A stretch of DNA of 57,042 nucleotides from the NCBI GenBank assembly GCA_039915055.1, contig JBDSNZ010000227.1, positions 1 through 57,042 of the forward strand, in the 5' to 3' direction. The translations under genes were made by a program, and so were the position numbers. Below the pieces are notes generated by a model, which saw only the letters and a list, made by a program, of their open reading frames with translations, was not told the origin of the DNA and made no database searches. The stretch is from Ornithinibacter sp. (GTDB taxonomy: Bacteria > Actinomycetota > Actinomycetes > Actinomycetales > Dermatophilaceae). Shown piece after piece: positions 18,812-27,101 of the stretch (position 1 is the first letter of the stretch; each line of letters opens with the position of its first letter).

Positions 18812-18861
18812 GGGAGGTCCCTTTCAGGGGGTGGTCTCGGACAATCTCGTGAGGCAGTCGC

Positions 18862-19626
18862 TCAGGCAGGAGTGCGCAGATCGACGTCGGCATCGTCGGT
18901 CCCAACAGGTGCGTCGTCCCGATGCTTCCGCCGGTTACCGTTTCGTGACGTTGCGCCAGTGAGGCCGGGCGAGACCGAGCGCCGCTGCACCAGCCCCAGC
19001 ACCGCATCGACGGCGACAGCCAGCACCGCCACCAGGATCGCCCCGCCAGCGGTGCGGGGGTAGTCACCGAACGCGATGCCGTCGATCAGGTAGCGGCCCA
19101 GACCCCCGAGACCGATGTAGGCCGCGACGGTCGTCGTGGCGATGACCTGCAGCACCGCGGATCGCACGCCGGAGAACAGCAACGGCATCGCGTTGGGGAT
19201 CTCGACCTGTCGCAGCACCTGACCACCAGACATGCCCACTCCTGCAGCCGCGTCACGGGCAGCGGGATCGACCGCCTCGATCCCGGCATACGTGCCGGCC
19301 AGCAGTGGAGGGATCGCCAGCAGGGCCAGGACCAGGATGCTCGGGGCGAGGTAGTAGAGGTTTCCCGAGAACTTGGGTCCGAGCCAGAGCGCGACTGCGA
19401 AGAGCAGGCCGAGCGTGGGAACCGCTCGCACCGAGTTCGCCACCGACACCAGCCACCTGGCCCGCCCCGTGTGGCCGACCCACAGCCCGAGGGGAACGGC
19501 GATGAGCGCGGCGAAGAAGAGGGACAGGCCTGCGTACTCGAGGTGCTCGAGCACCCGGTTGGGGATGCCGCTCTCGCCGGACCAGTTGGTCGGGTCGGTG
19601 AACCACGAGACCAGGGAGGGGATCAC
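18862..19626 (-). CDS. Osmoprotectant ABC permease
   Basis: RAVPTLGLL, EAA-like DAAAGVGM, GLGGLGRY; GTGA coupling. Confidence 0.9.
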   Translation of the reverse strand: MIPSLVSWFTDPTNWSGESGIPNRVLEHLEYAGLSLFFAALIAVPLGLWVGHTGRARWLVSVANSVRAVPTLGLLFAVALWLGPKFSGNLYYLAPSILVLALLAIPPLLAGTYAGIEAVDPAARDAAAGVGMSGGQVLRQVEIPNAMPLLFSGVRSAVLQVIATTTVAAYIGLGGLGRYLIDGIAFGDYPRTAGGAILVAVLAVAVDAVLGLVQRRSVSPGLTGATSRNGNRRKHRDDAPVGTDDADVDLRTPA

Positions 19627-20270
19627 GCTCGTCCCCCCGCCGCACGCAGCCACGGTGTCATCACGCGACTAACCCCCAGGATCAGGGCGTCGAGCGCCAG
19701 GGCGAGCAGGACGCAGGCGAGGATGCCGGTCACGAGCTCACCCCAGATGATGCGGTTGTAGCCGTCGATCAGCAGGTCACCGAGCTGGGAGACCCCGAGC
19801 AACGACGCGACGCTGACGATGCTCACGTTGCTCACTGCCGCCACGCGTAGACCGGCCGCGATGACCGGAACCGCCAGTGGGAGCTCCACCCCGAACAGGC
19901 GGCGAACACCCTTGTAGCCCATGGCTGTCGCGGCTTGCTCGATGTGGTCGGGAACCGCGCGAAGGCCGTCGGCGACCGTGCGCGCCAGCAGCGCGACGGT
20001 GTAGATGGTCATCGCGACGACGACGTTGACCGGGTCGAGGATCTTGGTGCCGAGGATGCCGGGCATGACGACGAAGAGAGCCAGCGAGGGGATCGTGTAG
20101 AGCAGGCCGGTCGCGGTGACGATGGCGGGATACGACCGCGACCACCTCTTCGCCGCCCACCCCAGTGGCAGCGCGACCACCAACCCGATGACCAGCGGCA
20201 CCCCCGCGAGATAGAGGTGCGAGCGAGTGAGGTCGAGCACGGTCCCCCAGTTGTTCGACAGCCAGGTCAC
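19623..20270 (-). CDS. Osmoprotectant ABC permease
   Basis: YTIPSLALF, QAATAMGY, VELPLAVPVIAAGLR. Confidence 0.9.
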   Translation of the reverse strand: MTWLSNNWGTVLDLTRSHLYLAGVPLVIGLVVALPLGWAAKRWSRSYPAIVTATGLLYTIPSLALFVVMPGILGTKILDPVNVVVAMTIYTVALLARTVADGLRAVPDHIEQAATAMGYKGVRRLFGVELPLAVPVIAAGLRVAAVSNVSIVSVASLLGVSQLGDLLIDGYNRIIWGELVTGILACVLLALALDALILGVSRVMTPWLRAAGGRA

Positions 20271-21412
20271 GGAGTCGCCCCGTCGAGCACCGCCGACGCC
20301 CCGCCGTGCACCGGGTCCTCCTCGTCACGCTCCGGCCGGTCGGTCTCCTCGATCGCAGTGAGCACCTCATGGGCCTGCACGGTGCCCGCCAGTGCGCCGC
20401 TCTCGTCGACGATGACCCCCCGCCGGCTCGGCGAGGAGAGTGCGGCATCGAGGGCGCCGCGCAGCGAGCCCGCCAGGCGCGCCACCGTGCCACCGCGGTG
20501 GAGGTCCGCGTCGGTGACCTCGCGATCGCCGATCCGCTCCGGTTCGACCCAGCCGAGCGGGTGCCGGTCATCGCTCACGACGAGCAGCCACGCCACAGAC
20601 GACCTCGCCGGTCGCTCCCCGAGGGTGATGGTCGGCTCGGAGCGCAACGGCAGCCGCGGCGTGTCCTGGAACTGCAGAGCCCGGTAACCGCGGTCGCGTC
20701 CGACGAAGTCCGCCACGAAGTCGTCGGCCGGGTGAGTGAGCAGGTATGCCGGTTCCGCCACCTGCGCGAGGCGACCACCAACGCGCAGGACCGCCACCTG
20801 GTCACCGAGCTTGATCGCCTCGTCGATGTCGTGGGTCACGAAGACGATGGTCTTGCCGAGCTCGTCCTGCAGCCGCAGGAACTCGTCCTGCAGCTGCTCG
20901 CGCACGACGGGGTCGACGGCGGAGAAGGGCTCGTCCATGAGCATGACGGGGGGATCTGCGGCGAGCGCCCGGGCCACGCCGACGCGCTGCTGCTGGCCAC
21001 CGGAGAGCTGGGAGGGATAGCGGTCCGCGAGGTGGCTCTCCAGTCCAACCCGCTCCAGGAGGTCGCGGGAGCGCTCCCTGATCCGCTTCTTGTCCCACCC
21101 GAGCAGCCGCGGCACGGTGCCGATGTTGTCGATCACGGTGCGGTGCGGGAAGAGCCCCGCGTGCTGGATGACGTATCCGATGCCGCGGCGCAGCTCGGCC
21201 TGCTTCATCCGGCCGGTGTCCTGACCGTCGAGACTGATGGTGCCGCGGGTGGGCTCGATCATCCGGTTGACCATGCGCAGGCTGGTCGTCTTGCCGCAAC
21301 CGGACGGCCCCACGAGCACCGTGATCTTGCCGGTGGGAGCAGTCAGGCTGAGCTCGTCGACGGCGGTGGTGCCGTCCGGGAACTGCTTCGTGACGGCGTC
21401 GAACCGAATCAT
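20267..21412 (-). CDS. Osmoprotectant ABC ATP-binding protein
   Basis: GPSGCGKTT, LSGGQQQR, LMDEPFSAVDP; -10 TAGGGT 6 nt upstream. Confidence 0.94.
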   Translation of the reverse strand: MIRFDAVTKQFPDGTTAVDELSLTAPTGKITVLVGPSGCGKTTSLRMVNRMIEPTRGTISLDGQDTGRMKQAELRRGIGYVIQHAGLFPHRTVIDNIGTVPRLLGWDKKRIRERSRDLLERVGLESHLADRYPSQLSGGQQQRVGVARALAADPPVMLMDEPFSAVDPVVREQLQDEFLRLQDELGKTIVFVTHDIDEAIKLGDQVAVLRVGGRLAQVAEPAYLLTHPADDFVADFVGRDRGYRALQFQDTPRLPLRSEPTITLGERPARSSVAWLLVVSDDRHPLGWVEPERIGDREVTDADLHRGGTVARLAGSLRGALDAALSSPSRRGVIVDESGALAGTVQAHEVLTAIEETDRPERDEEDPVHGGASAVLDGATP

Positions 21413-21465
21413 CCACCGACCCTAACGGGTCACCACGGCGGCGTGCCGCCCCAGCTCCGCAGCCC

Positions 21466-22026
21466 TCAGAAATCCTTGAACAGCTCGGGCGGCACGTCCT
21501 CCACCCCGTCGACACCCACGAAGAGGGCACGGTCCAGTGGCGTGCTCGCGCGCAACACGCTCACCGAGCCGCGAGGTTCGAGGACGACCACTGCCACCTC
21601 GTCACGGCTCCTGATCCCGTGGGTGCGCAGCTGGCTCCACAGCATCGCCTCGGTCATCCCGAACTTGGCCAACGCCTCGGTGCGCACGCTCTGCCCCGCC
21701 ATGAGCACCACGGCCGAGCGACCCCACCTCGGCACCAGGGCACGCGTCGCCGAGCTCCACCGTCCGAAGACCCGCTCGAGCAGCACCAGCATGCCGATGG
21801 CGACGAGGCCGCCCAGCAAGTTCGGTGAGTTGCCCAGCGTCGCGCGGGCAGCGATCGAGCCGACGAGGGTGACCAGCGCGATGCTCCCCGTCGTGGGGTT
21901 CGCGGTGAGCCGCCTCCCCCACACCCGTACGACGGCGGAGAGCGCGACGTAGAGGATCGTGGCCGAGATGACGACGCCGATGGCGTTGATCAGCGAGATG
22001 CCCAGGTGCGCTTCGATGGTGTCCAC
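21466..22026 (-). CDS. YetF/DUF421-family membrane protein
   Basis: Three TM segments followed by QLRTHGI...VVVLEPRGSVSVL. Confidence 0.8.
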   Translation of the reverse strand: MDTIEAHLGISLINAIGVVISATILYVALSAVVRVWGRRLTANPTTGSIALVTLVGSIAARATLGNSPNLLGGLVAIGMLVLLERVFGRWSSATRALVPRWGRSAVVLMAGQSVRTEALAKFGMTEAMLWSQLRTHGIRSRDEVAVVVLEPRGSVSVLRASTPLDRALFVGVDGVEDVPPELFKDF

Positions 22027-22107
22027 GGCCCCGATGCTCCCGTACCCACCTGTATGCCGGCCACCCCCAGTCCCGGTGTCGACGCGACGCGACGTGCCCG
22101 GCATACG

Positions 22108-22593
22108 GTGTCCCTCGTGTACAGCCGCGCGGTCAATGCGTTCTCGGCGACCCGGGCCGGGTCCTGGGCAGTGCGGCACGTGGCGGCCCACGTCGACCCC
22201 ACGGTGTTCCGCTGGTCGCGCGGCCGGGTGACGATCACCGGCAGGCCGACCCTCCCCATGCTCACCCTGACGACGACGGGCCGACGCAGCATGCGGCCCC
22301 GGTCCGTCCAGCTCGCGCAACTCACGGAAGGCACTGGCAGCTGGTTGGTCGTGGCGAGCGCCATGGGTCAGGACTCCGACCCGGACTGGCTGCTGAACCT
22401 GCGCGCCGACCCGAGAGCGAGGGTGCTGCTCCCCGGCCGGGAGCTGGAGGTCCTCGCCACCGTGCTCGACGCAGCCGAGAAGACCGCGGTCTGGCCGGCT
22501 CTCGTGCGCACCGTGCCCCAACTGCGCACCTACGTGAACCGCACGACACGTGACATTCCGGTCGTGCGGCTCACTGCTCGCTCGCGCCCCTAG
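22108..22593 (+). CDS. Deazaflavin (F420)-dependent nitroreductase family protein
   Basis: LTTTGRRS, VVASAMG..PDWLLNLRADP, RDIPVVRL. Confidence 0.88.
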   Translation: MSLVYSRAVNAFSATRAGSWAVRHVAAHVDPTVFRWSRGRVTITGRPTLPMLTLTTTGRRSMRPRSVQLAQLTEGTGSWLVVASAMGQDSDPDWLLNLRADPRARVLLPGRELEVLATVLDAAEKTAVWPALVRTVPQLRTYVNRTTRDIPVVRLTARSRP

Positions 22594-22612
22594 TGTGCGC
22601 CGAGCGGAGAAC

Positions 22613-23356
22613 TCACTGGCTGTGGTCGGAGGGGGCGAGGGCGTCGGTCACGAAGGTGGCCACGTCGTCGTGCCACCGGCCCGGGTGGTGCAGCATCGCA
22701 TGGGTCTCGCCGTCCACGGCGACGTGCGTCACGTCGGCCCCCTCGCGCGAGTAGCGCTCGGCGATGACCTCCGTGCGGCGCGGGTCGGTCATCCGGTCAC
22801 GGGTGCCGTGCATGAGCAGGATCCTCGTCCCGGGTCGCGGAGAAGTGACGTCACCCACGATCCACGGCGCCAGGGCTGCGATCGCCGCAACGTCGGGCTG
22901 GTTGGCGAGGTGGAGTGCCACCCGGCCGCCCATCGAGTGCCCGACCAGCGCGATGGGCCGACCGGGGAGGACGCCGCGAATCCGCTCCAGAGCCCACCTG
23001 GCGTCCTGCACCGGGTCCTGACGGATGCCGTTCCAGCCGCGAACCCGGTACTTCAGCCGGACCACGGCGAGGTCCTCGCCCGAGCGGCGAGAGATGACCG
23101 TTGCGAAGGGGAGCATCCGCAGCACGGCCAGGCTCCACCAGCGCACCGGCATCCGGCTGTCCTCGGCACCACCGTGCAGGATGAGCACCACACCCCGGGG
23201 ATCCTCGGGTACGTGGCCCCGCAGCTCGGCGCCCGCCCCACCCTCTGGGTCGAGCAGCGCTGCGGCCACGTCACGGTGGGGTGAGGGGTCCGGGCGCGAA
23301 TCGCGCGCGGTCGGCGACTCACGCCGGCCGCCGTGGTCGGTGTTCCGCTCGTCCAT
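22613..23356 (-). CDS. Alpha/beta hydrolase
   Basis: ILHGG, GHSMGG nucleophile elbow, HGTRD, ETH; SD GGAGGA. Confidence 0.88.
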   Translation of the reverse strand: MDERNTDHGGRRESPTARDSRPDPSPHRDVAAALLDPEGGAGAELRGHVPEDPRGVVLILHGGAEDSRMPVRWWSLAVLRMLPFATVISRRSGEDLAVVRLKYRVRGWNGIRQDPVQDARWALERIRGVLPGRPIALVGHSMGGRVALHLANQPDVAAIAALAPWIVGDVTSPRPGTRILLMHGTRDRMTDPRRTEVIAERYSREGADVTHVAVDGETHAMLHHPGRWHDDVATFVTDALAPSDHSQ

Positions 23357-23438
23357 CAGTTCATCCTCCAGGTGCTCTCCCCCGTGGTTCGGGGCCCTCA
23401 CGCTCCGCGGATTGGGGCTCGACCCCGAAACCTGCTGG

Positions 23439-24014
23439 TCAGACGTCTGCTCGGTGGAAGTTCTGGAAGCTTCGGCTTGCCGTGGGGCCACGCTGACCCT
23501 GGTAGTGCGACCCGTGCGACGCCGACCCGTAGGGGTTCTCCGCGGGTGAGGACAGTCGGAAGAAGGCGAGCTGACCGATCTTCATCCCCGGCCACAACAT
23601 GATCGGCAGTGTCGCGACGTTGGAGAGCTCGAGGGTGACGTGGCCGGTGAACCCCGGGTCGACGAACCCGGCGGTGGCGTGGGTCAGCAGACCCAGCCGA
23701 CCCAGGCTCGACTTGCCCTCGACCCGCGCAGCCAGGTCGTCGGGCAGCGAGACCATCTCGAGGGTGGACCCCAGGACGAACTCCCCGGGGTGCAGCACGA
23801 ACCCCTCCTGCGGGTCGACCTCCAGGAGTCGGGTGAGGTCGGCCTGGTCCTGGGACGGGTCGATCACTCGGTACTTGTGGTTGTCGAAGAGCCGGAAGAA
23901 CTTGTCGAGGCACACGTCGACGCTGCTCGGCTGGATCATCGAGGGATCCCACGGGTCCAGACGCACCCGTCCGGTCTCGATCTCGGCAGCGATGTCACGG
24001 TCGGAGAGAAGCAC
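23439..24014 (-). CDS. dcd: dCTP deaminase
   Basis: [44 protein letters not shown]. Confidence 0.97.
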   Translation of the reverse strand: MLLSDRDIAAEIETGRVRLDPWDPSMIQPSSVDVCLDKFFRLFDNHKYRVIDPSQDQADLTRLLEVDPQEGFVLHPGEFVLGSTLEMVSLPDDLAARVEGKSSLGRLGLLTHATAGFVDPGFTGHVTLELSNVATLPIMLWPGMKIGQLAFFRLSSPAENPYGSASHGSHYQGQRGPTASRSFQNFHRADV

Positions 24015-24122
24015 GTGGTCAGGCTACTCGGGCACCCTCCGGCCGCCGAGTCAGGGGCGCCGCGGTTGGGTTAGACTTCCCGGCGCCGGGGAGAGGTCGC
24101 TGTGGCGCTCGTGACCCGGCTC

Positions 24123-24193
24123 GCCGATGTAGCTCAATGGTAGAGCGCCAGCTTCCCAAGCTGGACACGCGGGTTCGATTCCCGTCATCGGCT
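24123..24193 (+). tRNA. tRNA-Gly (anticodon CCC)
   Basis: GCCGATG acceptor stem, CCAGC-TTCCCAA-GCTGG anticodon arm, GGTTCGATTCC; CCA not encoded. Confidence 0.97.
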
Positions 24194-24434
24194 CTCATGA
24201 CGTTTTCGCGGGTCAGAGGTGGAGTCACCCCTCACGACGCGTTCTCTGACGCGGTTCACCAGCCACTTCGCAATGGCCAAGTTGTGGTCCGTGAAGCGCA
24301 TCTGCGCAGGTCAACGGGCTGCAGCCGGCGAGAACCCAGCTGGACACGTGGAGCGCATGGGTGAAGAAGCGTCGCCGTGCGGGCCAGGCGCTGGGCACAC
24401 GCTGAGAACGGCGGACAAGGAGCCCACCGGATGA

Positions 24435-24636
24435 TCAGCCGTGGTGGATGTCCCCACGGTGGCCGATGGCGAGGACCGTCACCGTTCAGGCCTGATCGTC
24501 GATGCGGTACAGGATGCCGTACGTGCCTCGTCGCGCGCTGTACCGGCCTGCCAAGGGTGGGTGAACGAATCGCCGCCTCTCGGTCATCCTGCGTCTCAAC
24601 ACGGCCGGTGGTCAGGTCCGCCTCGGCGGCGGCCAG
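24435..24636 (-). pseudogene. Decayed Phd/YefM-RelE toxin-antitoxin remnant
   Basis: 24557-24435 reads PLAGRYSARRGTYGILYRIDDQA*TVTVLAIGHRGDIHHG* (RelE C-terminus with internal stop); just upstream LAAAEADLTTGRVETQDD resembles an antitoxin C-terminus. Confidence 0.8.
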
Positions 24637-24767
24637 TGGAATGCTCCACCCAGCCACACGCAGACGATCGGAGACCACGCACATATAGGTGCGTCCCCTC
24701 CGATCTTCTGCGTGGCTACTCCAGGGACGAGGGCCACCGTCGCGGTCACCTCGCTCAGACTTGACGG

Positions 24768-25541
24768 TCAGCCGGTGAACGAGGCCCGGTAACCCGAGGG
24801 GGTCGTGTGCATCAGCTCGCGGAAGGCGGCGTTGAACGCCGACAGCGAGCCGTAGCCGACCTCGTGGGCGATCATGGTGATCGGGGTGTCCTCGGCCGCG
24901 AGCAGCTCGATGGCTCGCAGCACCCGCATCCGTCGCAGGGTGGCCCGCCAGGTCATCCCGATCTCGACCTCGAACCGTCGGGCCAGTGATCGGGGCACCA
25001 GCCCGACCGAGGCCGCAACCTCCTCGAACCGGATCTCCTCACCGAGCCGTTCCTGCGTGACCCGCAACGCGTTCCGCACCTCGACGGAGCGGCCGGTCGA
25101 GATCACGACCGGGCTGGGGTGCTCTGCCAGCCGCCATGCCACCGCGGCCAGGGCACCGAAGACGGCGAGCGCGTACGGGGGTAGCGGCTCCTGCGCCTCC
25201 TGCCAGGCGCCGCACTCGGCGATGAGGGCCCGAGCCAGCGGGTTCAGGTCGAAGACCGTGAGGTCCTGCGAGGGTGGAGGTACGAAGTCGACGCGGAAGA
25301 GCACCGAGGCGGTCGTCGACGGCTGCCCGATCGTGACCGTGACCGGTCTGCCGGCACGAAGCAGGGCAGCACGCGCCGGGGGCAGCAGCCAGTGCTGCCC
25401 CTCGGCCTCGAGCCGCAACGCGCCCGAGGAGGCGCACAACAGGTAGTGATGGTCGACGAGAAGCTCGTTCGGGCCGGTCCTCGCGAAGGACCGGGTGAAC
25501 GCGAATGCCTCACGCGTCACTGGGGGCTCCCACGTGCGCAT
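24768..25541 (-). CDS. AraC-family transcriptional regulator
   Basis: Cupin-like N-terminus; C-terminal HTH IAHEVGYGSLSAFNAAFR; exact start uncertain. Confidence 0.92.
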   Translation of the reverse strand: MRTWEPPVTREAFAFTRSFARTGPNELLVDHHYLLCASSGALRLEAEGQHWLLPPARAALLRAGRPVTVTIGQPSTTASVLFRVDFVPPPSQDLTVFDLNPLARALIAECGAWQEAQEPLPPYALAVFGALAAVAWRLAEHPSPVVISTGRSVEVRNALRVTQERLGEEIRFEEVAASVGLVPRSLARRFEVEIGMTWRATLRRMRVLRAIELLAAEDTPITMIAHEVGYGSLSAFNAAFRELMHTTPSGYRASFTG

Positions 25542-25560
25542 CGTACGGAGCGCGAGCCCG

Positions 25561-25863
25561 TCAGGCGACGGCCTCGACCAGCTCGGCGTGGAACCGGCGG
25601 CTCACCGGTCCGTCGGTGATCAAGGGTCTGAGGACGGCGTTGGACCGCGCGAAGGCGTCGGACGCGAGGTAGGCGGCGAACGAGGCGTGGTCGGCCCACT
25701 CGTGCACGACGGTCACCGTGCGGTCGTCCGCACGGGAGGCGTAGACGCGGAACGCGAGGTTTCCCGGCATCGAGGACACGAGTGGACGCTCGCCCTCCAG
25801 CTGGGCCAGGGCACGGGTGCGGTCCCCCGCCGTCGTTCCGAAGTCGAGGATGGCGATGAACAT
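25561..25863 (-). CDS. Antibiotic-biosynthesis/quinol monooxygenase (ABM) family protein
   Basis: MPGNLAFRVY...VHEWAD..F.AYL.S; SD AGGAG. Confidence 0.85.
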   Translation of the reverse strand: MFIAILDFGTTAGDRTRALAQLEGERPLVSSMPGNLAFRVYASRADDRTVTVVHEWADHASFAAYLASDAFARSNAVLRPLITDGPVSRRFHAELVEAVA

Positions 25864-25997
25864 GGTGTCTCCTGGGTGGCTCGGGGTGAGGGGTGCCTCC
25901 ATCCTCATCGCGGACTCCGGCGGGGACCTCCGCCCACCGGACGCATCCACGCGCGCATCGGACACCCTCCGACGGTCGCCGACGCCAGCGCCGGCGC

Positions 25998-26801
25998 TCA
26001 GGTGAGGCCACCGGTGGCGGGCTGGGGCCTGTGGTGCGCGCTCACGGAGCCGAGGTCGGGCGTGAACCCGACGCTGCGGTAGACCCGCCCGGCCTGGTTG
26101 GTGGGCTCGGTGACGATGACCCATCGCTCGCAGCCACCATCGGCGGCCCACTGCGCCGCGACACCGAGCAGGTGGGACGCCAACCCTTGCCGTCGGTGCT
26201 CGGCACGTGTGGTGACGTCCTGGTAGCGGGCCGTGTCGCCGCACCGCACGATGCCCAGGTCCGCGACGAGGGTCGAGCCCGCGAACGCACCGAACCACGC
26301 TCCGAGGTCGCGATCGGAGAGGTCGCGACGAGTCTGCATGCGGGCCTGCGCGAACCGCGCGAAGGACACGGGGTCCTCCTCACCGGTGCGGTCGTTCCTG
26401 GCGACGGCTTGCGCCAGCGCCTGGGCCCAGTCGCCATCACGAAACCGGCGCACCGTGTAGCCCTGCGCCAGGCGGACCCGGCGTGGCAGCGTCCTGGTCG
26501 TGAGCACGTCGTCCAGCTCGATGTCGACGCCGTGCGCGGCCCAGGCATCGCAGTCCTCGGGCATCCCGACCAGGCCGATCGCGACCCACGGCGCCTCGGG
26601 GAAGGCCCGCTTGAAGGTGGTGACCCACCGTCGCGCCTCCCCCACTGACCGCACGTCCGTGACGAACAGCAGGTTGCCCCAGTGGAAGTCGGGGTTGTGT
26701 GGCGTGCGGACGACCAGGTGGTCACCGTGATCCTCCACGATGGAGCCGGTGAGCTCCAGGATGGCCAGATCGGTGGCCCAGCCGGGCGGGGCCGCTCGCA
26801 T
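25998..26801 (-). CDS. GNAT-family N-acetyltransferase
   Basis: VTTRAEHRRQGLASHL acetyl-CoA motif, AGRVYRSVGF. Confidence 0.88.
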   Translation of the reverse strand: MRAAPPGWATDLAILELTGSIVEDHGDHLVVRTPHNPDFHWGNLLFVTDVRSVGEARRWVTTFKRAFPEAPWVAIGLVGMPEDCDAWAAHGVDIELDDVLTTRTLPRRVRLAQGYTVRRFRDGDWAQALAQAVARNDRTGEEDPVSFARFAQARMQTRRDLSDRDLGAWFGAFAGSTLVADLGIVRCGDTARYQDVTTRAEHRRQGLASHLLGVAAQWAADGGCERWVIVTEPTNQAGRVYRSVGFTPDLGSVSAHHRPQPATGGLT

Positions 26802-26854
26802 CGCCCGACGCTACCGCGATCATCACGCTGTGGGGCGGGCGCAGTGGCTCACTC

Positions 26855-26998
26855 CGAGGTGGCAGGGAAGAAGTCCTTGGCGAGGCGGTTCCGGTCGCGA
26901 CGACGGACCGCGTAGTCTTGGTCTGCGTCCCGTCGTCTGGCGAGGTCGCCGCGGCGACCTGGGGGCCAGGGACCTGTCCCTGCCACGCGTTCGCCTCG
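26855..26998. ncRNA. Candidate structured RNA / 5' leader upstream of the helicase
   Basis: Nested stems 26859-68/26977-86 and 26873-81/26965-73 enclosing two internal hairpins. Confidence 0.4.
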
Positions 26999-27101
26999 AT
27001 CCGGTATGCCGTGCTCCCGGCGCGGTGTCCGCGTCGCCCACGCACGATGGCCGGTGCCGATCTCGGCTCCGCGCCGTGTCCGACTTTGAAGAAGGAACCG
27101 C

